A stretch of DNA of 64,000 nt from Puniceicoccaceae bacterium (lineage in GTDB: Bacteria; Verrucomicrobiota; Verrucomicrobiia; Opitutales; Oceanipulchritudinaceae). Made by a program: the position numbers and the translations under genes. The first letter of the stretch is position 1; every line of letters begins with the position of its first letter. Shown in pieces: positions 10,283-23,084 of the stretch. The notes below the pieces were generated by a model that worked only from the letters and a program-made list of their open reading frames with translations, did not search any database and was not told the origin of the DNA. Location: contig JBFOMH010000009.1 of NCBI GenBank assembly GCA_040830765.1, positions 64,001 through 128,000 on the forward strand. Reading direction: 5' to 3'.

Positions 10283-12051
10283 GTCCGGTGCTTCATGATT
10301 AGCTTCTGCACACTGTCAAGGGATTGCGTGTTGAAGACATCCCCTGCCGTCAGGCCCGCTTTCCGGGCCGCCTGTACACCGCAGCGCAGATACTCGAGAT
10401 GGTCCGTGTCGTGGGCGTCGGGGGTGATGACACAAGGAACCCCTGCCTCAGCAGCCTGACGCCAGTAGCGCCAGTCCATGTCCATACGCCAGGGATTGGC
10501 GTTGAGTTCGATCATGACCTTGTTGGCGGCGGCCGCCTCAATCACTTGCCGGTGATTGACGGCATAACCTTCACGGCGCAGCAACAGGCGACCGGTAAGG
10601 TGTCCGAGCATCTTCAGGCAGCCAGTATCGGTCTCGATGGCCCGAATAATCCGCCGTGTCATCTCCTCCTCACTCATACCGCTCATTGAGCCATGGACGG
10701 AGAGCACACAGTAATCGAGCTTGGTGGTGATTGACTTCTCGAAGTCGAGGGAACCATCCTTGAGAATATCAACTTCGGAACCAGCAAAGAGGTGGGCCTT
10801 CTCACCTGCTTCCTCATTGAGGACCCGGATCTGTTTGATTTGTTTGAGGAGACGTTCCTCATCAAGTCCGTTAGCCTGAAAACTGGCCTTGGAGTGGTCG
10901 GCGATGCCAATGTAGTCCAGTCCCAGGTCCTTTGCAGCCCGGGCCATTTCCTCAAGCGTGTTGTGTCCGTCCGAAGCCCGGGTGTGGTTGTGAAAGGTGC
11001 CAGTCAGGTCCACATACTCAAGGAGCTCAGGCAAGGAATTCGACTCAGCCAATTCCAACTCGTCCAGACCTTCCCGCATTTCCGGAGTTATGTAGTCCAG
11101 CCCGAGGGCCTTGAAGAGATCCGCCTCCTCCTTGATCCCGGTGCGTGCCAGCGGCCGATCGTAGGGGCGACTGCCCTCGGGTTCCTCCTCGTCCTTGTTG
11201 AAAATCCCCCACTCGGAAAGGGAAAGTCCCTGACTGAGGGCCCGCTGGCGCATCTTGACGTTGTGGTCCTTGGACCCGGTAAAGTGATGCAGGGCAAAGA
11301 CAAAGCGGTCATCGGGAACCACCCTCAGGTCGGCCTGCAAACCGCCATCAAAACGGACCGATGATTTTGTCTCCCCGTGGGCCGTCACCTCCACCACATT
11401 TGGTTGCCGGATGAACCAGTCCATGATCGGACCCGGCTTGGAGGACCCGACAATGAAGTCGAGGTCACCCACCGTTTCCCGGCTGCGACGAAAACTGCCC
11501 GCAACTTCCGCCCGCTCCACCTCGGGCAATGATCGCAGGCCCTCCAGAAGCGGCAAAGCTGTCTCACGCACATCCCACCAGAGGTGCCGCTGGCCATAAG
11601 CAATTCGATTAGCGATTCCACTGAGGATATTTTCTGCCGATTTCTTTCCAAAACCGGGCAACTCGGCGATGGCACCCGATTCACAGGCGGCCTGGAGCTC
11701 ATCAATGGTTTCAATGCCGAGCGACTCATGCACCTTGCGGATCTTCTTCGGTCCGAATCCGGGTATTTCCAGCATCTCAATGAGCCCGTCCGGAATGGAT
11801 TCGCGCAGGTTGTCATAAAAGGGAAGTTCCCCGCTTTCCCGCAGGGTGATGATCTTTTCGGTTAATGCTTTCCCGATTCCCTTGACCTCTCCCAGGCGCT
11901 CTTCCGCGATCAAGGTGTCCAGATCCTCCTCGAGGCTTTCCAAGGCACGGGCGCCCGATTGGTAAGCCCGGACCTTGAACGGGTTTTCCCCGGTCAATTC
12001 AAGCAGGGTACCAATCTCCTCCAGGCGTGAGACAATGTCACGAATTTCCAT
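10279..12051 (-). CDS. polX: DNA polymerase X / PHP 3'-5' exonuclease
   Basis: [10 protein letters not shown], HhH motifs, AGSFRR, GDLD with intact aspartates, [12 protein letters not shown] motifs HNHT..SDG, ADHS, GSEVDI, PDAH. Confidence 0.95.
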   Translation of the reverse strand: MEIRDIVSRLEEIGTLLELTGENPFKVRAYQSGARALESLEEDLDTLIAEERLGEVKGIGKALTEKIITLRESGELPFYDNLRESIPDGLIEMLEIPGFGPKKIRKVHESLGIETIDELQAACESGAIAELPGFGKKSAENILSGIANRIAYGQRHLWWDVRETALPLLEGLRSLPEVERAEVAGSFRRSRETVGDLDFIVGSSKPGPIMDWFIRQPNVVEVTAHGETKSSVRFDGGLQADLRVVPDDRFVFALHHFTGSKDHNVKMRQRALSQGLSLSEWGIFNKDEEEPEGSRPYDRPLARTGIKEEADLFKALGLDYITPEMREGLDELELAESNSLPELLEYVDLTGTFHNHTRASDGHNTLEEMARAAKDLGLDYIGIADHSKASFQANGLDEERLLKQIKQIRVLNEEAGEKAHLFAGSEVDILKDGSLDFEKSITTKLDYCVLSVHGSMSGMSEEEMTRRIIRAIETDTGCLKMLGHLTGRLLLRREGYAVNHRQVIEAAAANKVMIELNANPWRMDMDWRYWRQAAEAGVPCVITPDAHDTDHLEYLRCGVQAARKAGLTAGDVFNTQSLDSVQKLIMKHRT

Positions 12052-12095
12052 GGCTCCAATAATGACCACATTTCGGCCATCGGCAAGGGCAGGCT

Positions 12096-13805
12096 TTAAT
12101 CAAGCTCCCGTTGACGGCGCCAGGCAGAAAGGATGTCCTTCAGGAAGGCCCCGCATCCGGGCGGGACATGGCCGCGATCATGGTTTTCAGCGGCAATTGC
12201 AAAGGCGGTTCGCCACTGGGTTCGCAAGGTCCGGGTAGCGCAACGGAGGCTGTTGCGCGGATCGTAGATATGGGTCTCTTCAGAGGTCAGGCCGTTCAAT
12301 TCAATGACGCTCAGGTTCTTTCCGGCCAGCAGTGATGCCTCGTCTGGAACCTTAATATCAAAACGGCCGAAGTAGAAACCTTCATAGGACTGGGCGATGG
12401 CCTCCACCCGCGCGCTCAAGGCATCCGTGATGAAGTGCTGTCCATCGAGGAAAAGCGAGCCACGGGCATGGGTCCCCAGTTGGCCCAATCGGAAAACCTT
12501 GCCTTCAGGAAGGACCGTGTCGAGTTCCTCATCAAAACGGGCAAGGAAGACATCCAGCAAGGCAACAGCCCGTGGATGGGCATGGATAAGGTCCTCGATA
12601 GAATCTTCGCCATTCCCCGTAACGGTCAGCTGATCCTTGATCGTGATGGAGGTGACCCGGCCACGGACTTCCGACGGAAACCGGACGTAGAAAATACCGT
12701 ACTCTGGACCGGGAACATAGGCTTGTAGGATCGCCGGGGCTGCCGTTTTCGACAGCCAATCCCAGGCCTCCGTGTCATTCAGGATGATGCTGACGCCGTC
12801 ACCTCGTTGCCCTTCATCCGGCTTCAGGACAACAGGATAGTCAAGTGCCAGCTCCTCCATGGCACGGTCGAAAGCCTGCCGGCGTTCCTCCTCGCTTCCG
12901 GACTCGATACGGCGCCATTTAGGAATGGCTTCCCCCGCAGCGGAGAGACCCTCGAGAATGCTGCTCTTGCTTTCTCCGAGGAATCCCCCGTGTGGCATAC
13001 TGGGATTGACCACCGTAAACAGGGTCGGTCGCCGGTAGCGGACAAACCCAAGATAGAGGATATAGGGAATCACCAGGGCGTAGACCTGCCACCAGGGCCA
13101 GAATTCCCAGCGGGTCGCCCGAAGCCATTTCCCCTTGAGACGCCGGCGTCCTTTCCACGTGAGGAGTGGCATGCCGTAATGAAATATTAAGTACAGAAGA
13201 AGGCCAGTGGCAAGGAGAGCGGGTATGACCAGAGCCTCAAAGACTTCATATAATTCCAGCAGCTCCCTGCCGATGATGAAGCTGAGTCCGACAAGCAGCG
13301 GCGTCCACAGGGCGGCCGCAAAGGCAAAGACCCCCAGGAACCTGAGGAAGGGGGCATGGAGGGCACCGGCAGCGAAGTAAGTCGCCGTTCGAGTCCCCGG
13401 AATGAACCGGGTTGCCAGGATGAGCCAGACACCGTGGCGCTGGAACATATGCTGGGCATGCAGGACAGCCTTCCTGGAGATAAACCAGCGGGCCCAGCGG
13501 TGCTCAAGGAGGGGACGCCCAAAGTGAAAGCCGAGCCAATAAATGAGGAGGTCCCCGAGGAATATCCCGAGGAAACTGGCCATGACTGCCGAAGCGAAAG
13601 CCAGTTGGCCCGATGCGGCCAGCAACCCGGCACTGATGCAAGCCAGGTCCTCGGAAACAAGTGTTCCCAAGGCAATGCCCAGCATTGTTAACAGTTCCGC
13701 CTGGATCGATTCCATTGAACCGCCTCCCGGTTCAGCGGCCATGGCCAATGCCGCGGTGCTCAAAAAGGTCACCAGCAACAGCAAGGGCTCACGTTTATTC
13801 CGCAT
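12096..13805 (-). CDS. DedA/VTT membrane domain fused to an ATP-grasp ligase domain
   Basis: N-half [25 protein letters not shown] (DedA); C-half [34 protein letters not shown] (ATP-grasp). Confidence 0.85.
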   Translation of the reverse strand: MRNKREPLLLLVTFLSTAALAMAAEPGGGSMESIQAELLTMLGIALGTLVSEDLACISAGLLAASGQLAFASAVMASFLGIFLGDLLIYWLGFHFGRPLLEHRWARWFISRKAVLHAQHMFQRHGVWLILATRFIPGTRTATYFAAGALHAPFLRFLGVFAFAAALWTPLLVGLSFIIGRELLELYEVFEALVIPALLATGLLLYLIFHYGMPLLTWKGRRRLKGKWLRATRWEFWPWWQVYALVIPYILYLGFVRYRRPTLFTVVNPSMPHGGFLGESKSSILEGLSAAGEAIPKWRRIESGSEEERRQAFDRAMEELALDYPVVLKPDEGQRGDGVSIILNDTEAWDWLSKTAAPAILQAYVPGPEYGIFYVRFPSEVRGRVTSITIKDQLTVTGNGEDSIEDLIHAHPRAVALLDVFLARFDEELDTVLPEGKVFRLGQLGTHARGSLFLDGQHFITDALSARVEAIAQSYEGFYFGRFDIKVPDEASLLAGKNLSVIELNGLTSEETHIYDPRNSLRCATRTLRTQWRTAFAIAAENHDRGHVPPGCGAFLKDILSAWRRQRELD

Positions 13806-14526
13806 ATGGTGGCTCGCGGTGATGGGTTATCTCGACCGGCTCCCTGTACCCCTGCCCTTCGGGTTCCCGGGCACGATAGGTAAACCGGATAGTCCCAGTG
13901 CTGATGAGGAGCTCGATCTGGCTCAGGGTCCTGGCATCGGGACGATCCATGGTCAGGCCATGGGACGGCTTCCCGGGATGGGTACGACGCATAAGTCCGG
14001 CCATGTCCAAAGGTGTTCCGCCAGCGGCATGAAATTGCTCATTCCACCACTGCCGCCTCCATGCGGTGATTGCTTCCGGCTGATGGGATGAAGTGGTCCA
14101 AAAGTCATTTGAGGGATTAATTCGATGCATTTGCTTCCCATCCCACTCAATGCCGAGAACCGCCTCCGGATCCAGAATGAAGAGGAAAAAAGGCGCGTAA
14201 CTACTGAAATCTTCTTCCTCCAACCAAACAGCCGCTTCCTGTGCAGCCATTGACGCCACCTTTAAAACAAGTTCTCCGCGGCTTCGGTATGAATCAGAGG
14301 GATCCATCGCGGAACCTGGGTAGTTATTCAGCAAGGCCACGGCAAAGCCACGGGTGGAGGCCGCAAACCAGGTCCCCCCACCCTGAGGATCGCACGCATA
14401 AATCAGGGGAACCGGATCAGCCGGGTGCAAGCGCGGGTCTTCAGCCAGCGGCCGGGAGCGCTGTTCATCGCGGTTGAAGCAGATCAGGAATCCCGCTTCG
14501 GCCTCTCCCCAAGCCAGAGTGCACAT
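13795..14526 (-). CDS. NRDE/TANGO2-family Ntn-hydrolase-fold protein
   Basis: MCT N-terminus (Cys2), NRDE motif, DPQGGGTW, LLN, SRGELV. Confidence 0.9.
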   Translation of the reverse strand: MCTLAWGEAEAGFLICFNRDEQRSRPLAEDPRLHPADPVPLIYACDPQGGGTWFAASTRGFAVALLNNYPGSAMDPSDSYRSRGELVLKVASMAAQEAAVWLEEEDFSSYAPFFLFILDPEAVLGIEWDGKQMHRINPSNDFWTTSSHQPEAITAWRRQWWNEQFHAAGGTPLDMAGLMRRTHPGKPSHGLTMDRPDARTLSQIELLISTGTIRFTYRAREPEGQGYREPVEITHHREPPYAE

Positions 14527-14529
14527 CCT

Positions 14530-15039
14530 TCAAGCACCCTTCTTTTCCAGATAATGAATCGTCGAAGGGGCAACGCCAAAGCCTTCCGGAAAGTCGCGGA
14601 CCCCAAACCGGGTCGCGATGGAAACAACAAGGGCATAGTGATGAATGCTGTGGCTGAGAAGGAACTGCAGCTCGCGACGCAATGTAGTCTGGCTCCATGT
14701 GGAATCCCCACCATCGTCCATCCGTATCTTCAGGGGACTGTCCAGTACGCTTGTTCGCATCGATTCAAGCTTATCCACCAATTCCTGCAAAACGCCAATG
14801 GCTGCTTCTCGATCCACCTCAATCGCCTCATCCCGCTGGCGGTCATCGTAGTCGACCTTCCCGGTTGGCTGCCCGCTGACGAAAGCCAGGTAATGGTCCA
14901 GGTTATGCCGCAGATGGCCGCCGATGGAACTGTTGAAAAGTTCCGGACACTTTCGGGAATAGAGCTCGGCCGGGAGTTTCTGCAGAAATTCGATGCCCTG
15001 CCCGAGGCAAGCCAGGTTGGCGTCAATTAAGGTGTTCAT
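14530..15039 (-). CDS. DinB/YfiT-family four-helix-bundle protein
   Basis: SIGGHLRHNLDHY, DYDDRQR, RELQFLLSHSIHHYAL, FGVAPST; start moved to ATG 15039. Confidence 0.85.
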   Translation of the reverse strand: MNTLIDANLACLGQGIEFLQKLPAELYSRKCPELFNSSIGGHLRHNLDHYLAFVSGQPTGKVDYDDRQRDEAIEVDREAAIGVLQELVDKLESMRTSVLDSPLKIRMDDGGDSTWSQTTLRRELQFLLSHSIHHYALVVSIATRFGVRDFPEGFGVAPSTIHYLEKKGA

Positions 15040-15156
15040 TGGCGGGTATGAGGGAACAGTTAAGCGATCCATTCCCATGAAATCAACCTTCGAAGCTTCC
15101 ACCATACCCCCTTGCCATTTGCCGCAATTGCAATTTTATTCCCCCTTTTCAAGACA

Positions 15157-16266
15157 ATGCCCGAAAATCCATTTGATAGTGTTGAGGCGGCCATCGATGA
15201 CATCGCCGCCGGGAAACTGGTTATCGTGGTCGATGACGAGGATCGTGAAAATGAGGGTGACCTCATCATGGCTGCCTCCAAAGCGACCCCGGAGACCGTA
15301 AACATGATGATCCGCCATGGACGTGGACTCATTTGTGTTCCCACAGTGGAGCACCAGCTGAAACGCCTTGGCCTCAATCCGATGGTTGCCAACAACCGGG
15401 AGAGCCACCGCACGGACTTCACCGTCTCGGTCGATGCTGCGGAAGGAGTGACCACCGGGATCAGCGCCGCCGACCGCTGCGAGGCAATTCGGGTTATTGC
15501 TGATCCGGATTCAACCGCTGACCTGCTCGTCCAACCGGGTCATGTCTTTCCCCTGCGCTCGCGTCCCGGAGGTGTTCTTCAACGGGCCGGTCACACGGAA
15601 GCTGCCGTCGACCTCGCGGTCCTTGCCGGCCTGCCCCCGGCTGGCGTCCTTTGTGAAATCCTTAATGAGGACGGTTCCATGGCCCGGCTGCCACAGCTCA
15701 TTGAGTACCGCCAGGAATTCAATTTGAAGCTGATTTCCATCAAGCAACTCATTGAATACCGCCACAACCGGGAGAAGCTTGTTGACCAAATCCTCAGCCA
15801 GCCGTTCAGCAATGCCTATGGGGACTGGACCCTCCACCTCTTTCGCTCCTTGACGGACCATCGCATCCACTTCGCCCTCACCATGGGTGACCTTGATGAC
15901 CAGCCCACCCTTGTCCGGGTCCAGTCCGAGAATATCCTCAGCGATGTCTTTGACAGCCACTCACCGGGCCAGAATCGCACCATCGATGTCGCCCTCAAGC
16001 ATATCGCAAGGGAGGGCAAAGGCGCATTCGTCTATATGACGCATTCCTGTTCCGGCCTGCAGGTACCTCAGGAAACCGGTGCAGACTCCGACTCCTGCAG
16101 CCTGGAGCCCATCAGCATGGACTTCCGCGGCTACGGTCTCGGAGCCCAGATCCTCTATGCCCTCGGCCTCCGCAGTATCCGCCTTCTCTCCTCTTCACAG
16201 CGCCGTCACGTCGCTCTCGACGGCTACGGACTCCATATCGATTCCTTCGTCACGCCTGAGGATTGA
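15157..16266 (+). CDS. ribB: 3,4-dihydroxy-2-butanone-4-phosphate synthase fused to a degenerate GTP cyclohydrolase II domain (RibBX type)
   Basis: VDDEDRENEGD, FTVSVDA, TTGISAADR, PGHVFPL, RAGHTEA; C-domain VRVQSENILSDVF lacks the Zn cysteines. Confidence 0.9.
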   Translation: MPENPFDSVEAAIDDIAAGKLVIVVDDEDRENEGDLIMAASKATPETVNMMIRHGRGLICVPTVEHQLKRLGLNPMVANNRESHRTDFTVSVDAAEGVTTGISAADRCEAIRVIADPDSTADLLVQPGHVFPLRSRPGGVLQRAGHTEAAVDLAVLAGLPPAGVLCEILNEDGSMARLPQLIEYRQEFNLKLISIKQLIEYRHNREKLVDQILSQPFSNAYGDWTLHLFRSLTDHRIHFALTMGDLDDQPTLVRVQSENILSDVFDSHSPGQNRTIDVALKHIAREGKGAFVYMTHSCSGLQVPQETGADSDSCSLEPISMDFRGYGLGAQILYALGLRSIRLLSSSQRRHVALDGYGLHIDSFVTPED

Positions 16267-16325
16267 CCGTTTATCCGGTTTATTGACCAGTTAACCTTCA
16301 AAACTGAAAAAATCCGATTCCTCAG

Positions 16326-16358
16326 TTGACGAATTACCAAAATTCAAGATGATATTAC
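16326..16358 (+). promoter_or_regulatory. Putative sigma70-type promoter for the metY leader
   Basis: TTGACG at 16326, then GATGAT (16-bp spacer) or TGn-TATTAC, in an AT-rich intergenic region. Confidence 0.45.
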
Positions 16359-16370
16359 TCGAATCAGTTA

Positions 16371-16397
16371 ATGATTCATACATTTTTGGGGTATTAG
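16371..16397 (+). other. Candidate leader peptide MIHTFLGY
   Basis: ATG ATT CAT ACA TTT TTG GGG TAT TAG, ending 12 nt before a terminator stem. Confidence 0.35.
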
Positions 16398-16409
16398 TAT
16401 AAGAGCTGG

Positions 16410-17876
<1,467 letters not shown>

Positions 17877-17901
17877 GGCAACAGCCATCCTCTTTTGCCA
17901 C

Positions 17902-17934
17902 AAGGCCGCCCAAAAAAGTGGGCGGCCTTTTTTT
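17902..17934 (+). terminator. Intrinsic terminator after metY
   Basis: AAGGCCGCCCA-aaaaag-TGGGCGGCCTT plus T tract. Confidence 0.9.
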
Positions 17935-18182
17935 GTTTTCCGGCCTCCGGCAGGCACTTATGAGGAAATTTGATAACTATAATAATTTCCTCCCCATAAG
18001 GCATAATTCCTAAGCTGCTTTGCTACCGCCGTATATTACCCCTGCCACCATGCCCAATTTCCATGTCCCTCATAAAGTGAAACTGGGGGAAATCCTTATT
18101 TTTTGCTTGTCGGGACCTCCCCGATTAATATTTATTAGACCCGTTCACGAAACGAAACAACTCCATCCCTACGAAAAGGCTC

Positions 18183-19079
18183 ATGAAAATGAAATTATCA
18201 CTCATCCTCACGGCATGCACGCTGCCCATCGCATTAAGCGCTCAAACTGTTTTCAATGACAGCTGGGCAGACGGTTCCCTTGCAGCAACCGAGGGCACGG
18301 ACATTCCCTGGTACACAACCACCTCGACGAGCGCACTTGAAGTCGGGACAGGATTCATGGGCCTGGTCAGTGGCTCTTCCGGACGGGGCATCCACGGGCT
18401 CTACACACCAACCGCCCTGAATGTTGGTGACAGCCTGACCTTGACCTACACCTTTACAACCCCGGCAACCATTGGAACCAGCCGCTCCGACGCATTGCGT
18501 GTCAGCCTGGCTAATTCACTGGGCCGGGCCATCGACAGCAACCAGACCCTCTCATCCGGTAGCCCGAACTTCCTCTTCGATGATTTACCCGCCTACATGT
18601 CTTCCTTCGACATTGCAACGGGAACAGAAGATGTCCGGATCCTCCGCCACCGGGAAGACCCGCTGATTGACGATGGTCGCTTCATGAGCACGACCGGTGA
18701 GTGGAACACTCTGGACGACAGTGCCAATGATGGCTACTCCTTTGCCGCTGCAACCGAATATGTCGGTGTCCTCACCATCACCCGTTCCGGGGCTGACGAA
18801 ATGACCATTTTCAGTTCCATGTCCCAGGGAGCAACCCTGATGGCCAGCTTCTCGGCTGTCGACGGAACGGGTTCTATTCCGACGACGTTTGACATGCTCG
18901 GTTTTCAGGTGAATTCCAACACCTTCGGTACCAGTAACTCACCGGATACCGCAGATAACGGAATCGACTTCACCAACATCAACCTGGTTTACACACCGGT
19001 ACCGGAACCGTCGACCTACGTCTTCCTCTTCGGTGCGCTGGCCTTTGTGCTCGTGTTCCTGCGCCGCCGCAGAAGTTGA
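18183..19079 (+). CDS. PEP-CTERM sorting-domain surface protein, Ser/Thr-rich
   Basis: Signal peptide; C-terminal VPEPST, TM helix, RRRRS. Confidence 0.95.
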   Translation: MKMKLSLILTACTLPIALSAQTVFNDSWADGSLAATEGTDIPWYTTTSTSALEVGTGFMGLVSGSSGRGIHGLYTPTALNVGDSLTLTYTFTTPATIGTSRSDALRVSLANSLGRAIDSNQTLSSGSPNFLFDDLPAYMSSFDIATGTEDVRILRHREDPLIDDGRFMSTTGEWNTLDDSANDGYSFAAATEYVGVLTITRSGADEMTIFSSMSQGATLMASFSAVDGTGSIPTTFDMLGFQVNSNTFGTSNSPDTADNGIDFTNINLVYTPVPEPSTYVFLFGALAFVLVFLRRRRS

Positions 19080-19097
19080 TTATAATTTCATCCTATG

Positions 19098-19136
19098 AAA
19101 AAGGAGCCCGGTCGACATGGCCGGGCTTCTTTTTTT
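19098..19136 (+). terminator. Intrinsic terminator after the PEP-CTERM gene
   Basis: AAAAAGGAGCCCGGTC-gacat-GGCCGGGCTTCTTTTTTT. Confidence 0.85.
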
Positions 19137-19211
19137 GCCAACTCGGCTGGAACCGTTCAGCGCCACCCTGAGGATTGACCCCGGGACTGAATGGGTATTG
19201 ATTGGGACACT

Positions 19212-20260
<1,049 letters not shown>

Positions 20261-20264
<4 letters not shown>

Positions 20265-21649
20265 ACGGCCCCGGGCTCCCTCCGCCCCGGGAACTGGAAG
20301 GCAACCTGAGACGATTCATCCGGTTCCGTCTCTTCTTCAACGCCCGTTTTTACTACCCCGTCTTCACGATCCTTTTCCTCGATTACGGACTGACCCTTGA
20401 GCAATTTTCCATCCTCAATCTCGCTTGGGCCCTGACCATCGTCTTCGCTGAAGTCCCCTCTGGGGCAATGGCTGATATCATCGGGAGAAAACGCCTTTTG
20501 GTATTCGCTTCCATCCTCATGTTCATCGAGATGGGCCTGCTGGTCATCGTGCCTATCGGCACATCCCCGGTGCTCTTCCTGGTTTTTCTGATCAACCGGA
20601 TTTGCTCGGGACTTGCTGAGGCGGCAGCCAGTGGGGCGGATGAGGCACTGGCTTATGATTCCCTGAAAGCACTCGACCGGGAAGATGACTGGGCGGGCCT
20701 GCTCGAAAAGACCACCCGAGTCATGTCGATCGGTTTCTTTGTGACCATGATTATCGGTGCCTTCTGTTATGATCCAAAGGTCGTCAATACGGTTCTTGGA
20801 TTCTTCAACGACCAGTGGTCTCTGCCGCCGGAAACGATTATCCGTCTCCCAATCATCCTGACCTTGGGTACCTCCTTCATCGTTTTATGGACGACCGTCC
20901 GCATGCGCGAAATCGAGCTTCCTGAAGAGAAGAACGGCGAAGCGGTTGATCAGAGCAAGTCTCTCTGGCAATCGATCGCCCAACCCTTTAAACAGGTCAT
21001 CCAGGCGGCTGGCTGGACGCTCAATCATCGCTTCGTCTTGTTTGTCATCCTGGCTGCCCTGGCCCTGGATAGCGTCGGCCGCCAATTCGTCATTCTGGCT
21101 AGCGAGTACTACCGCATCATCCATATCCCGCCAGCGTGGTTTGGATTTATCGGGGCTGGCATGGCCTTGCTGGGTCTGGTTATTGCACGCATCTCCCGGT
21201 ACCTGGTGACACATCACTCACCCATCTTCAACTTCCTCATCCTTTCCGCTATCCTCATGGTCGGGCTCATCGGAATCATGTTCACCATTCCATGGTTCGG
21301 TGTCCTCTTTGCCATCTGTGCCTTCTCCATGATGGGCATGGTCAATTACCAGTCCAGTTTCTACCTCAACCGGGAAGTCGATTCCAGTAGACGGGCAACC
21401 GTTCTCAGCTTCCGTGGACTGGCGTTGAACCTCGGTCTCGGCCTGGCCAGTCTCCTCTATACCGGACTCATCGCAGTCATGAAGGCAGGGGAAGAAGGGA
21501 ATCTCTCTCCGGAAGAGCTGCAAGAGCACGTTTTTGTCGGTTCCTTAAGGGCATTTCCAGTCTACTTCCTGGTGCTCTTTTTCCTCATTCTCATCCTTGG
21601 AAAACTGTTCATCCGGCGAGCTTCAATCTGCTCCGAGGTTCCTCAGTAA
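20261..21649 (+). CDS. MFS transporter
   Basis: EVPSGAMADIIGRKR (motif A), ASGADEALAYDSL, RRATVLS; about 12 hydrophobic segments; ATGA overlap with the HAD gene. Confidence 0.9.
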
Positions 21650-21808
21650 GGTCCGGATAACCGGTTCCGTTCGAGTCCGTTTGTGAACAGGCTGGTGAAT
21701 AAGATTTGAATATCTCCAGCTTGTCATTTCTGGAAGCATGTGAGGGGATGAAAGCAGCCCCCCTCGTATCCCTTAAAAAAGTTTGCTTTTGGCACTTCAA
21801 ATTCGTTG

Positions 21809-21824
21809 ACACCATATATAGGGC
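21809..21824. promoter_or_regulatory. NrdR box 1, overlapping a TTGACA at 21806
   Basis: ACACCATATATAGGGC versus consensus acaCwAtATaTwGtgt. Confidence 0.85.
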
Positions 21825-21840
21825 TGTATTTCTCTTGATA

Positions 21841-21856
21841 CCCCAATATGTTGGGG
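21841..21856. promoter_or_regulatory. NrdR box 2
   Basis: CCCCAATATGTTGGGG; starts 32 bp after box 1, a typical tandem spacing. Confidence 0.85.
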
Positions 21857-21932
21857 GTGCCTGCGCGCCGGGTGCCACAATTTCAAAACCTCTTTATTCA
21901 CTTAACCATCAACATTTTAGCGATTACGCTTC

Positions 21933-23024
21933 ATGGAAACAACCACCGTCAGGATAGGAAACAAGGAATTCATACTCGACAAGCGGAAGGCTGAAGAGGC
22001 CTTCGACTCCAAGAGAGTCATCAATGGCAAGGATACGATGTTCTTCAACATCCTCCCCTTGAAGTACCAGTGGGCCTACGACACCTACAAGACCATGAAG
22101 GCCAACCATTGGGAACCTGAAGATGTCCCCATGCAAAAGGATGTTGAGCAATGGCGCGACACCACGGGTTCCATCACCGACATCGACCGCTGGATTATCA
22201 AGATGGCGATTGGTTACTTCAGCGCGGCTGAAGGCATTGTTGGAGACAACATCCTTCATGTGACCCGCGAGGTTGTCACCGCACCGGAATTGAAACTCGT
22301 CCTCGGCCGCCATGCCCATGAGGAAAATATTCACGCCGACAGCCTGGTCTACATGATCAGTTCCCTTGGCCTCAATCCCCACGAATGTGAGGCCATGTTC
22401 GAGGACGTTCCCACCATCAAGGCCAAGAACTCCCTCGTCGTGAACAACAGCCGGGCCTTACGGCGCGACATCGACCTAACCGAGACGCGCAACAAACAGG
22501 ATCTTGCCAAGAACATGTTCCTCTTCGGCCAGTGCATGGAGGGGACCCAGTTCTATGGATTGTTCGGGATGGTCCTCAGCTTGTACCGCCAGAACAAGTT
22601 CCCAGGTATCGGCCAAATGTTCCGCTACACCCTGCGTGACGAATCCAATCACATTTCCGTCTTCAAGAATCTCCTCCTTGATCTCGTCGATGAGAACCCC
22701 GACATCTGGACTCCCGCGTTCAAGGAAGAGTTGACGGAACTGATGAAGGAAGCTGTCCGACTGGAAAAGGCCTTCATCGAAGATTGCCTCCCGGTCAACG
22801 CCCTTGGTCTCAGCGCCGAGGAGTTCACCACCTACATCGACTACATTGCTGACCGTCGCCTCGAAAGCGTTGGGTTGGCTCCCCTCAATCCCGGCATCAA
22901 GAACCCGCTCCCATGGCTGGCCGAAATGATGGACATCAAGAAGGAGCAGAACTTCTTCGAAGGCCGGGTCACCGAGTACCAGAAAGCCAGCGCGCTGGGC
23001 GTCGTCGATGACGATGAGCTTTGA
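21933..23024 (+). CDS. nrdB: Ribonucleotide reductase beta subunit, class Ic (R2c)-like
   Basis: ANHWEPED, FSAAEG, EENIH, MEGTQFY, RDESNH, NFFEGRVTEYQ. Confidence 0.95.
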   Translation: METTTVRIGNKEFILDKRKAEEAFDSKRVINGKDTMFFNILPLKYQWAYDTYKTMKANHWEPEDVPMQKDVEQWRDTTGSITDIDRWIIKMAIGYFSAAEGIVGDNILHVTREVVTAPELKLVLGRHAHEENIHADSLVYMISSLGLNPHECEAMFEDVPTIKAKNSLVVNNSRALRRDIDLTETRNKQDLAKNMFLFGQCMEGTQFYGLFGMVLSLYRQNKFPGIGQMFRYTLRDESNHISVFKNLLLDLVDENPDIWTPAFKEELTELMKEAVRLEKAFIEDCLPVNALGLSAEEFTTYIDYIADRRLESVGLAPLNPGIKNPLPWLAEMMDIKKEQNFFEGRVTEYQKASALGVVDDDEL

Positions 23025-23052
23025 GCCCGGACCTGCTCTGATTCAATTTCAG

Positions 23053-23084
23053 GCGCGGGTCCCCGGGAGGGTCCGCGCTTTTTT
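23053..23084 (+). terminator. Terminator-like hairpin between nrdB and nrdA
   Basis: GCGCGGGTCC-ccggga-GGGTCCGCGC plus TTTTTT (two G-U pairs). Confidence 0.7.

Noticed and set aside
16349..16402. Alternative leader ORF MILLESVNDSYIFGVLV
   Set aside because: Its ATG lies within the predicted -10 region, so it is probably not on the transcript
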